Assembly: GCA_040218735.1 (NCBI GenBank)
Contig: JAVJQW010000064.1
Location: forward strand, 28,804 to 92,803
Direction: 5' to 3'
DNA: 64,000 nt
Source of the DNA: Deltaproteobacteria bacterium
Lineage (GTDB): Bacteria; Myxococcota; Kuafuiibacteriia; Kuafuiibacteriales; Kuafuiibacteriaceae
The translations under genes and the position numbers were made by a program. Below are positions 1 to 8,462 of the stretch, piece after piece. The notes beneath the pieces were generated by a model. The model was not told the DNA's origin. It did not search any database and saw only the letters and a program-made list of their open reading frames with translations. Every line of letters begins with the position of its first letter. The first letter of the stretch is position 1.

Positions 1-1
1 C

Positions 2-613
2 AACACCTGTGTGCCGCTCCCCGAGAACCAGGACCTTGGCACAGTCACGATCGATGGGCTCACCGCGCCTGTGGAGATGACCGCGCGGGCGCCGGTGTTC
101 TTCTACAACTTCCTCGGCGACCTGCCGCACCCGGCCTTCGCGCAGGGCGATTCGATCGCGATGAGCGCGTCGATGGGGCCGTCGATCGCGACGGTCGGGG
201 TGGCGCCGCTGGAGGTGTCGACGTCGAGCCTCGCGGTGGAGCGCGACGTCGCGTCGACGCTACAGTGGTCCGCCGCAGCGGACGACGACGGCGTGCGGAT
301 GGAGCTCGAGCTTTCGATCGCGAACCACGGCGGGACGCCGGGCCGGATCCTCTGCACGATCGCCGACTCGGGTTCGTTCACGATCCCGGTCGCGCTGACG
401 AACGCGCTCCTCGACCGCGGCTTCTCGGGCTTCCCGAGCGTGACGCTCACCCGCCAGGGCGCGCAGACGGGCGCGACGAGCGACGGGTGCATGGAGCTCG
501 TGGCGCGGTCCGAGGTCGTGGTCCCGATCGAGATCCCGGGGCTCACCTCCTGCTCGAACGACGACGATTGTCCGGGGTCCGAGACCTGCCAGCCGGACCT
601 GACGTGTGGATGA
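2..613 (+). CDS. Cys-rich, probably secreted hypothetical protein (5' partial)
   Basis: Frame is open from the window edge (N-T-C-V-P...) to TGA at 611-613. GC3-rich codons. C-terminal Cys repeat CSNDDDCPGSETCQPDLTC. Confidence 0.75.
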   Translation, partial: NTCVPLPENQDLGTVTIDGLTAPVEMTARAPVFFYNFLGDLPHPAFAQGDSIAMSASMGPSIATVGVAPLEVSTSSLAVERDVASTLQWSAAADDDGVRMELELSIANHGGTPGRILCTIADSGSFTIPVALTNALLDRGFSGFPSVTLTRQGAQTGATSDGCMELVARSEVVVPIEIPGLTSCSNDDDCPGSETCQPDLTCG

Positions 614-626
614 AAGGTACTCCGTC

Positions 627-1547
627 ATGAAGCGACTCCTCCCCCTCTCGACTTTGGTCCTGGCCGCCTGCAGCGGGTCGACGACGAACGACCTCGACGA
701 TCCGCATGACGCGGGCGCGCAGAACGTCACCGACGCCGTCGTGCTGGACGGCGCACCGCGCGACGCCGGTGGACCCGACCGCGACGCCGGACCCCGAGAC
801 GCCGGGCCGCGGGACGGTGGGCCGCGAGACGGCGGCACGGGTCCCCTCGCGGACTGGTGCCGGGGGCAGCCGGCGACGTTTTCGTTCTTCGTGACGAGCA
901 TGGAGGCGCTGTGGGCGCTCTCCGGCGATCCGATCGACGACTGGAACGGAGGCTTCGGCGGCGACTACGGCGGCATCGCGGGGGCCGACGATATCTGCCA
1001 GCAGATCGGCGCGGCTACCGGGAACGGCGACCGCACCTGGCGCGCGTTCCTCTCTGCGACCGACGACGGCAACGGCAACCCGGTCCACGCCATCGAGCGC
1101 ATCGGGATGGGCCCGTGGTTCGACGCCAACGGCCTGATGGTCGCGAGCGGCATCCAGGGGTTGCTCGGCGACCGACCCGACGGGGACGCGCGCACCATCG
1201 ACGACCTCCCCAACGAGTGCGGCGTCCCGATCTCCGCGTTGGGTGACGCACACGACATCGTCACGGGATCGGACCAACAGGGGCGCCTCGCCGGTACGAA
1301 CCTTCAGAGGACGTGCAACGACTGGACGTCCTCGGACGGCAACGTGGGTTCCAACATGCGAAACGGCGTCATGATCGGCCACTCGTTCCCGCGCAGCGGA
1401 CGCGGCGGTCGCAACTGGGTGAGCGACCACGCCACACGCGGGTGCGGCAAGGGCGCCAACCTCCTCCAGGACGGCCCCGGCAGCGGCACCTGTATCGGGT
1501 GCTCGGGCGGCTTCGGCGGTCTGTACTGCTTCGCGGTGGCGCCATGA
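627..1547 (+). CDS. Lipoprotein with DUF1554/endostatin-like (lectin-like) domain
   Basis: ATG 627; MKRLLPLSTLVLAAC lipobox; RDAG/RDGG linker; motifs GGIAGADDICQ, TWRAFLSAT, CNDWTS and C-terminal GLYCFA. Confidence 0.7.
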   Translation: MKRLLPLSTLVLAACSGSTTNDLDDPHDAGAQNVTDAVVLDGAPRDAGGPDRDAGPRDAGPRDGGPRDGGTGPLADWCRGQPATFSFFVTSMEALWALSGDPIDDWNGGFGGDYGGIAGADDICQQIGAATGNGDRTWRAFLSATDDGNGNPVHAIERIGMGPWFDANGLMVASGIQGLLGDRPDGDARTIDDLPNECGVPISALGDAHDIVTGSDQQGRLAGTNLQRTCNDWTSSDGNVGSNMRNGVMIGHSFPRSGRGGRNWVSDHATRGCGKGANLLQDGPGSGTCIGCSGGFGGLYCFAVAP

Positions 1548-2200
1548 GGGCGGCGGTCGTGTTGGTGTTCCTCGGCTTGGTGGCGTGTGGCTCCGAGCCG
1601 CCGGTCGTCATCGACCCGGGTGACGGGGACCTGTACCCGCTCGCGGTCGGCAACCGGTGGACGTTCCGGGTGACGGACTCGAGCGGCGTGGTGTCGACGA
1701 AGACCCAAGAGATCACGGGGACGACGATGACGTCCGACGGGAAGACGGCGTTCGTCACGCTCACTCGGCGCGCCGAGGACAAGGGCACGCGCTCCGTTCA
1801 GGGTTACGAGGACGAGCGCATGGTTCGGTACTCGGAGCAGACGCTCCAGGGCGACAGCGTGATCTTCGACTACCGGTTCGACCCACCGGGGCTGCGCATT
1901 CACTCCGGCGAGCGCTCCGTCGGCGCGACGTACAGCGACACCCACGACAAGCTGAAGCTCGACGTGAACGGCGACGTCCTCGAGATCGAGCCGAAGGTCC
2001 ACACGTTCACGGTCGAAGCGATCGAGACCATCCAGGTCCCGGCCGGCGACTTCGAGTGTGTGCGCATCTCGCGCGCGAGCGAGACGACCACGGACAAGAT
2101 TTATTGGTACGCGCCCGGCGTCGGGAAGGTGAAGGAGATCGGTGGCCAGACGGAGGAGCTGGCGTCGGTCGACGTCGCCACCCCCTCCGCCGAGCAGTAG
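1544..2200 (+). CDS. Lipoprotein, beta-rich hypothetical (DUF3108-like)
   Basis: ATGA overlap with the previous stop; MRAAVVLVFLGLVAC lipobox; motifs YPLAVGNRWTF, VPAGDFEC, YWYAPGVGKVKE. Confidence 0.75.
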   Translation: MRAAVVLVFLGLVACGSEPPVVIDPGDGDLYPLAVGNRWTFRVTDSSGVVSTKTQEITGTTMTSDGKTAFVTLTRRAEDKGTRSVQGYEDERMVRYSEQTLQGDSVIFDYRFDPPGLRIHSGERSVGATYSDTHDKLKLDVNGDVLEIEPKVHTFTVEAIETIQVPAGDFECVRISRASETTTDKIYWYAPGVGKVKEIGGQTEELASVDVATPSAEQ

Positions 2201-2221
2201 CCGCGGGGGCCGAAGAGAGGC

Positions 2222-4939
2222 CTACGGCGCCATCACCTGGAGCTCGCGGACCGCGGCGGCGTCGATATCGCCAGGCGTGAATCGCACGGGGATCGGATCG
2301 TTCACGAGCCAGCGCTCGAGCAGATCGTCGTAGTGCGGTGACGTCGGGAACGAGCTTTGGCCTCCCGGGAGCTCGATGGTGCAGGCCATCGCGGTCGGCG
2401 CTGCTTCGCAGGCCAGCCGCATCGACGGGCCGGAGCCGTGCGCGTAGTTGTCGCTGTTGCGTCCGCCGGGGTTGGCGACGTCGACGGTGTAGAGGCCGCC
2501 GTCGTTGCAGTACGGGCCGTTGTTGTAGCGGTTCGTCAGCGCGCTGATCAGGTCGTAGGTCAGCGTGACGGTGTGGACGCGGCCCCAGCGCCAGTCGTCG
2601 GCGCTGTTGCCGAGGTTGGCGTTGAGCCAGGTGCCGGCGTCGTTCATCGCGGCGACGATCACCGCGGTGCTCGTCTCCACCGTGTCGGTCGTCGACACGT
2701 TGTCCCAGTACGACGCGCCGCGGAGGAGCTGGCTCGGCCCCGTGAGGAGTTTGATCGCGGCGGCGTCGCCCGCCGTGCGCGAGGTGCCGGCCGCCGACAG
2801 CTCGTCGGAGAACGCGCCGCGGACGATGCGCGGGAACAACACGTGGAACGCGGCGCAGCCGATGGACTCACGCGCCACGATCGGGTCCGCGGCCTTGGGG
2901 CCGGTCGGATCCGAGCCGTCGATGCCGGTCGTGCAGGTGTACTGCCAGGCGGCGAGGGCGTCGCGGACGCGTCCTCCGGTGTCGGCGTCGAGCTGACCCG
3001 AGCCGGCGTTCGCGGCGGCGAGGATCGTCGGGAGCGTGCGCTCCGCGAGGAGCGACTGCACGTCGGCCTGGATGTCCTGCATCGTGCCGCGGGTGTGCAT
3101 CGTGGTCTCTTCGAGCCGCTCCGCGATGCGCTCGTGGCGGTACCCGGTCGCGACGTAGTGCTGGATGGCGTCCTGTCCGTCGTTGGTGGGGTCGCCGTCC
3201 GCGAGGTGCCCGGTCATGTCGTTGTTGGCCGTCGCGACGTAGCCGCTCGCGGGGTTGAGCGTCTGCGGGAGCTCGGCGTACGGGACGTAGCCGTTCCACT
3301 CCGCGCTCCCGTCACCCGGGACGGGGAGCCACGACGGGATCTGCGCGCTGTTCCACGGGCGGTTCGGGACGCGGTTGTACGGGAACCAGCCGATGTTGCC
3401 GCCGCGGTCCGCGACGACCCAGTTCTGGCCGATCGTCGTCACGTTCTCGATCGCGGTGCGCGCCTCCTGGATGGTGGTGGCGGTGTAGAGGCCGTGCAGC
3501 ACGTTGAGGTCGGTGTCCGCCTCCTGGCCCGTCCACTTGATCGTGATGGCGATGCCCATCGCGACGTCCTTCGACACCACGGGGCCGTGGTGTTCGACGT
3601 ACTCGAAGGGCTCCGTCACGGGCTGCCCGCCGAGCACGTTGAACGTGTGGTTCACGGTGGTGATCGGGACCTCCTTGCCGTCGAGGATGACGGCGTCGCC
3701 CGCGGTGTTCAGCGTCTCGACGTAGACGTCGGCCATGTCGAAGAACGTCGTGGTGGCGCCCCACGCGATGTCCTCGTTCTGGCCGAGGATGATGCCCGGG
3801 AGCCCGGCGAACGACGCACCCGCGACGTGGATGTTTCCGCCGGCCGCCTTGCTGTCGAGGCTGACGAGGTACCAGACCGACGGCTGCGACATCCCGAGGT
3901 GCGGGTCGTTGGCGAGCAACGCGTAGTCGCCCGCGGTGCGCGTGGCGTCGACGACCCAGTTGTTCGAGCCGCGCCCGTCGGAGGCGATCTGATCGCGTTC
4001 GATGAGGCGCGCGGCGCGTAGCGCGTCGCGCGCATGGTCGAGGCGTGCGCCGACGGACGCGAAGTGCTTCGCGAGGTTCGGGTTCGCGGTGCGCAGGTCA
4101 CCGGTGAACGTCGCGACCTGCTCCGGGAGGATCACACTCGGGGATCCGGGCGCGAGGCCGAACGTGTCGATGAAGAGGTCGGCGGGGAGCACCGACGCGA
4201 GCTCACCGGCGCGGATCTCGCTGTCGGTCTGGTTGGTGAGCTGCTCGATGAGCGCGAGGATGCAGGCGATGCTGTCGATCTCCGTCCAGTCGGCGACGGA
4301 GCTCGCGTAGGCCTCGTACTCCGGCGGGAGGACCGCGCCGTTGCGATCGTTCCTCAGGTCGTCGATCCACGCGTTGATGCCCGCGGTGTACGCGGTGACC
4401 ATCGCTTGGGACGCGGCGTCCGAGTTGTCCCAGATCTGCTGCGCGACGGAGCCGCCCGTGCGCGTGGAGATGAAGTGGCGCGTGGCGCGGTCGTTGTCGA
4501 GCGCGAGCGGCCCGAAGACCTCCGCGAGGCGACCCGCGGCGAAGCGCCGACGAATGTCCATCTGCGGGAACCGCTCGGACGCGTGGAAGTAACCCTCTGC
4601 GCGGAAGCAGTCGGCGTCCGTCTGACAACGGACGTGGAGCACACCGTACTCGTCGAACTTCACATCGACTGGCGCGGACAGACCGGGGATGCGGATGTCC
4701 GGCGGGCCGCCGTCGCGCACCTCGCCGCCGTCGCGGGGGCCGCCGTCGCGTTCGCCGCCCGCGTCGCGCGGACCACCGTCGCGCACGACTTCGCCGCCGT
4801 CGCGCTCGTCGTCGCCGCCGTCCTGGGTCACGCCCGCGTCGCGCGGCGTGCCGTCGTCGTCGCCCATGTCGTCGTCATCGCCGGAGCAGGCGGCGAGGCC
4901 GACGCAGAGTGCCAGTGTGAGGGTGTGGCTGAGCTTCAT
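2222..4939 (-). CDS. Penicillin acylase / acyl-homoserine-lactone acylase family (S45 Ntn hydrolase), lipoprotein
   Basis: LAAC lipobox; DEYGVLHV, GYFHASERFPQMD; beta-chain start G/SNNWVV; ANDPHL; ATANND; PGGQS. Confidence 0.92.
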   Translation of the reverse strand: MKLSHTLTLALCVGLAACSGDDDDMGDDDGTPRDAGVTQDGGDDERDGGEVVRDGGPRDAGGERDGGPRDGGEVRDGGPPDIRIPGLSAPVDVKFDEYGVLHVRCQTDADCFRAEGYFHASERFPQMDIRRRFAAGRLAEVFGPLALDNDRATRHFISTRTGGSVAQQIWDNSDAASQAMVTAYTAGINAWIDDLRNDRNGAVLPPEYEAYASSVADWTEIDSIACILALIEQLTNQTDSEIRAGELASVLPADLFIDTFGLAPGSPSVILPEQVATFTGDLRTANPNLAKHFASVGARLDHARDALRAARLIERDQIASDGRGSNNWVVDATRTAGDYALLANDPHLGMSQPSVWYLVSLDSKAAGGNIHVAGASFAGLPGIILGQNEDIAWGATTTFFDMADVYVETLNTAGDAVILDGKEVPITTVNHTFNVLGGQPVTEPFEYVEHHGPVVSKDVAMGIAITIKWTGQEADTDLNVLHGLYTATTIQEARTAIENVTTIGQNWVVADRGGNIGWFPYNRVPNRPWNSAQIPSWLPVPGDGSAEWNGYVPYAELPQTLNPASGYVATANNDMTGHLADGDPTNDGQDAIQHYVATGYRHERIAERLEETTMHTRGTMQDIQADVQSLLAERTLPTILAAANAGSGQLDADTGGRVRDALAAWQYTCTTGIDGSDPTGPKAADPIVARESIGCAAFHVLFPRIVRGAFSDELSAAGTSRTAGDAAAIKLLTGPSQLLRGASYWDNVSTTDTVETSTAVIVAAMNDAGTWLNANLGNSADDWRWGRVHTVTLTYDLISALTNRYNNGPYCNDGGLYTVDVANPGGRNSDNYAHGSGPSMRLACEAAPTAMACTIELPGGQSSFPTSPHYDDLLERWLVNDPIPVRFTPGDIDAAAVRELQVMAP

Positions 4940-4947
4940 CGGCGCGC

Positions 4948-4976
4948 ATGGTCGACCGCGAATGCGGGGCCGTCAA
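4948..4976 (-). promoter_or_regulatory. Sigma70-like promoter of the acylase gene
   Basis: Minus strand TTGACG-N17-GACCAT, 8 nt before the ATG at 4939. Confidence 0.5.
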
Positions 4977-5019
4977 CGTGCCGCCGCTCACCGCGATCGC
5001 CGAGGCGGCCAAATGCCCA

Positions 5020-5123
5020 CCCCAAGAATCGAAATCTCCCTTCGATCTCCTCGTCTCCCGCCTCCCCGTTTTCTGAGGGGTTCACAGGGAGCCGGTGAGT
5101 TCTGGGAGTTCTTCAGGATGGGG
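5020..5123. repeat. Imperfect palindromic intergenic element (REP-like), possible terminator for purC
   Basis: Pyrimidine arm CTCCCGCCTCCCCGT (5055-5069) is roughly complementary to the purine arm ACAGGGAGCCGGTGAG (from 5084). Further CTCCC/GGGAG and CCCCA/TGGGG pairs lie outside. Confidence 0.5.
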
Positions 5124-6078
5124 TCGGGAGGAGGTGTGCGCGTTCGAGGTTTTTGCGGATGCGGGCGCCGACGTCGCCCACGGTGGGTTCGAAGGGGCTG
5201 CCGAGGATCGCTGCGTAGGCGTCGAAGTAGCGGGCGGCGAGGGTGGTGCGGATGTCGTCGTCGAGCGCGGGCGGGGTCCCGTGGCCCGAGAAGCCGTGTT
5301 TGTCGATCAACCAGCCGCGGAGGTTCTCCTTGTCGAGCATCTTCTGCGGCTCGCCGGCGGCGAAGCGCTCCTCGTACTCGCTCGCGATCCAGTAACGCGA
5401 CGAGTCAGGCGTGTGGATCTCGTCGATGACGTACAGCTCGCCGTCCTCGTCCTCGCCGAGCTCGTATTTGGTGTCGACGAGGATGAGGCCGCGGGCGGCG
5501 GCGCGCTCGGCGCCGCGTGCGAAGAGCTTGCGAGCGGTGGCCTCGGCGCGTTCGAGCTGGTCGGACGTCATCAGTCCGCGCGTGACGATGTCGGCCTTCG
5601 AAATCGGTTCGTCGTGGGTGCCGATCTCCGCCTTGGTGGAGGGCGTGAAGATCGGCGCGTCGAAGCGTTGGTCCTTCTTCAGGCCCTTGGCGAAGTCGAG
5701 CGCGTACGCGTCGGCGACGCCGGAGAGGTAGTCGCGCCACAGCGAGCCGGTGATGTACTGCCGGACGATCATCTCGACCGGGTAGGCCTTCAGCTTCTTC
5801 GCGACGACGACGTTCGGATCCGGGACGTCGATCAGGTGGTTCTTCGCGATGTCCTCGGTGGCGCGGAACGCGTCGACCGCCATTCGATTGAGTATCTCTC
5901 CTTTGAATGGAATCGTGCCGAGGACGTGGTCGAACGCCGAGACACGATCGGTGGTCACGATGATCAGGCGGTCCTCCTGCTGGTAGACGTCGCGGACCTT
6001 GCCGACGTAGCGCTCGCCGAGGCCTTCGAAGTCGGTGCCCTTCAGCGTGTGGGCGAGCTGTTCTTGGATCGGGTTCAC
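5113..6078 (-). CDS. purC: Phosphoribosylaminoimidazole-succinocarboxamide (SAICAR) synthase
   Basis: GKVRDVY, TDRVSAFD, IPFKG, PVEMIVRQYITGS, FTPSTKA, LVDTKYELG, DEIHTPDSSRYW, LDKE. GTG at 6078 overlaps the upstream TGA. Confidence 0.95.
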   Translation of the reverse strand: MNPIQEQLAHTLKGTDFEGLGERYVGKVRDVYQQEDRLIIVTTDRVSAFDHVLGTIPFKGEILNRMAVDAFRATEDIAKNHLIDVPDPNVVVAKKLKAYPVEMIVRQYITGSLWRDYLSGVADAYALDFAKGLKKDQRFDAPIFTPSTKAEIGTHDEPISKADIVTRGLMTSDQLERAEATARKLFARGAERAAARGLILVDTKYELGEDEDGELYVIDEIHTPDSSRYWIASEYEERFAAGEPQKMLDKENLRGWLIDKHGFSGHGTPPALDDDIRTTLAARYFDAYAAILGSPFEPTVGDVGARIRKNLERAHLLPTPS

Positions 6079-6830
6079 GCGAGGGCCTCCTGGACGGTGG
6101 TCGCGACCATGTCGACGAGTTTTTCGTAGGTGGCGTGGCCTTCCGCGATCGACGCCTCGGCGGGGCGACCGAAGTAACCCTCCGTGGCGCCCATCTCGAG
6201 GAAGTCCTTCTTGCCGGCCTTCATGCCGCCGATGAGATCGATCGCGCGCTCGGGGAGCTCGGCGCGGACTGCGTCTTCGATCGGTGCGCCTTCGATGGCC
6301 ATGATCAGCGAGCTTTCGTACTGGCCCGCGTGGCACTGCCCGCTCTGCAGCTCCTCGGTCAGTGTCGTGACCCAGCGGCGGTCGCAGGGGTCGGCGATGA
6401 CGACGGGGCACTCGGCGTCCTCGGCGGCCTTCACGCCGTCACGGAGTCCGTAGCGGTGCGCCGGTTCGAGGTGGGCGTTCACGAGGCAGACACACTTGAA
6501 CCCGTGGCGGCTCGCGCCGAGGACGACGTCGCGCACGTAGGCGACCGCGGTCTCTCTCGGGATGGAGATCGTCCCGGAGAAGGGCGCGGCGTAGTCGGTG
6601 ATCGTGAAGGCGAGCGGCGGGAGGATCAGGGCGTCGAGGTTGGTGCGTTCCTTCACGGCGGCGACCGCGCGGCGGCAGGTCTCGGTCGCGATGAGGACGT
6701 CGGTCGACAGCGGGAGGTGTGGGCCGTGGGCTTCGGTCGAGCCGGTGGGCCACAGCGCGACGGCGCCCGACTCGAGGAGCGCCTTCACCTTGGGGAACGT
6801 GAGATCGGCGAGGAACATCGGTGTGGTCAC
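6075..6830 (-). CDS. Creatininase / creatinine amidohydrolase family protein
   Basis: [28 protein letters not shown] metal-binding motifs. Start is GTG 6830 (overlap) or ATG 6818. Confidence 0.88.
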   Translation of the reverse strand: MTTPMFLADLTFPKVKALLESGAVALWPTGSTEAHGPHLPLSTDVLIATETCRRAVAAVKERTNLDALILPPLAFTITDYAAPFSGTISIPRETAVAYVRDVVLGASRHGFKCVCLVNAHLEPAHRYGLRDGVKAAEDAECPVVIADPCDRRWVTTLTEELQSGQCHAGQYESSLIMAIEGAPIEDAVRAELPERAIDLIGGMKAGKKDFLEMGATEGYFGRPAEASIAEGHATYEKLVDMVATTVQEALA

Positions 6831-8386
6831 CGGCGGGCCGCGGCTTCGGCGGCGAGGGTCGCGAGGGCCTTGCGATCGAGTTTGTCGCGGTCGCCGCGGG
6901 GGAGGGTGTCGACGACCTCGATGAAGCGCGGCGCCTTGTACGGTGCGAGGGTGTCGGCGACGTGCTGGGACAGCGCCTTCTTCAGGGCGTCGTCGGCGGT
7001 GAAACCATCGCGCAGGATGACGAAGGCCATGGGTTTGTTGAGGCCGTCGTCTTGGTACGCGGCGGCGCCCGCTTCGAGGACGGCTTCGTGGCGGGTGAGG
7101 GCGTCTTCGATCTCCTGTGGGGAGAGCCAGCGGCCGGCGACCTTGAGGACGTCGTCGGCGCGGCCCTTGAACCAGTAATAGCCGTCGGCGTCGCGGATGA
7201 ACTGGTCGCTCGTGACGACCCACTCGCCCTGCAGCGTGGTGCGCGATTTCTCGTGGCGCTGCCAGTAGAACGCGGCGGAGCTGTGCCCCTTGATGTGGAG
7301 CGCGCCCATGTCGCCGTCTTCGACCTCCTTGCCGTCGGCGTCGACGATCTTCGCTTCGTAGCCGTCGACGATCGTGCCGAGGCTCCCGGGGCGCACCTCG
7401 CCGAGGCGCGCGCTGATGAAGACGTGGAACATCTCGGCGCTGCCGATGCCGTCGAGGATCTCGACGCCGACCTCGTTCATCCAGCGCTGGTACAGATCGG
7501 GCGGGAGCGCCTCGCCGGCGGAGGTGAGGAGGCGGAGGGTGTCGGTCTTCGGTTTGCTCTCGGCGGCGGCGTGGTGGGCGGCCATCTGCGCGATCATCGT
7601 GGGGACGTTGATCAGCACGGTCGCGCCGTGGCGCTCGGCCATGTCGAAGAGGCGCTCGGGCGTGGGCCGGTCCGGGAAGAGGATGGCGGCGCCGCCGAAG
7701 AAGAACGGGAAGAGGAGGTTCGAGCCGGTCGCGTAGCCGAAGAAGAGCTTCGGCACGGAGAGCGTGACGTCCTGGTCGGTGATCTGGAGGACGTCCTTGG
7801 CGTAGCGCTCGGTGTTGTAGACGAAGTCATACGCGCGGTGGACGGCGGCCTTGGGGGCGCCGGTGGAGCCGCTCGAGTACAGCCAGATCGCGAAGTCCTC
7901 TTCGAGGGTGGGGGCGACCTCGATCGTCGTGGGGTGCGCGGACACGTCGGTGTCGACGGTGTGGACGGCCTTCAGGTAGGGGCGCTCGCTCGGGAGGCGG
8001 GCGCCGATCTCGGCGGTGGTGACGACGCCCTTCGCGCGGCTGTCGGCGAGGTAGAAGGCGATCTCCTCGTCGCCGACGTTCGGGTTCAGGAACATCACGG
8101 TGCACCCGACGGCGAGGGCGCCGAAGAACGCGGCGACCCACTCGGCGCCGTCCTCGAGGATGATGAAGACGCGGTCTTCGAGCCCGAGCCCCTGTTCGGC
8201 GAGCGCGTGGCCGTACTGGGCGGCCAGCGCGGCGATCTCGCCGTAGGTGTAGGTCGTGACGCCGTCGGGTGTGTCGACGATCAGCGCGCGCTGGTCGGCG
8301 CGCCCCTCGGCGAGGCGATCGAACAGGAAGACCTGGGCGAGGTTCATCGGCCGCCCCGGGACCACGAAGCGCGCGTTGGTGCTCAT
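6827..8386 (-). CDS. Benzoate/aminobenzoate-CoA ligase family (ANL adenylate-forming enzyme)
   Basis: [57 protein letters not shown]. Start set at ATG 8386. Confidence 0.9.
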   Translation of the reverse strand: MSTNARFVVPGRPMNLAQVFLFDRLAEGRADQRALIVDTPDGVTTYTYGEIAALAAQYGHALAEQGLGLEDRVFIILEDGAEWVAAFFGALAVGCTVMFLNPNVGDEEIAFYLADSRAKGVVTTAEIGARLPSERPYLKAVHTVDTDVSAHPTTIEVAPTLEEDFAIWLYSSGSTGAPKAAVHRAYDFVYNTERYAKDVLQITDQDVTLSVPKLFFGYATGSNLLFPFFFGGAAILFPDRPTPERLFDMAERHGATVLINVPTMIAQMAAHHAAAESKPKTDTLRLLTSAGEALPPDLYQRWMNEVGVEILDGIGSAEMFHVFISARLGEVRPGSLGTIVDGYEAKIVDADGKEVEDGDMGALHIKGHSSAAFYWQRHEKSRTTLQGEWVVTSDQFIRDADGYYWFKGRADDVLKVAGRWLSPQEIEDALTRHEAVLEAGAAAYQDDGLNKPMAFVILRDGFTADDALKKALSQHVADTLAPYKAPRFIEVVDTLPRGDRDKLDRKALATLAAEAAARR

Positions 8387-8462
8387 CTTCCGCGGGGTTA
8401 GCACCCAAATCGGGGGCCTGTCACGCAGGGCGAAGTGGGCGCTTGCCAGGGAGGCGGCGCGC

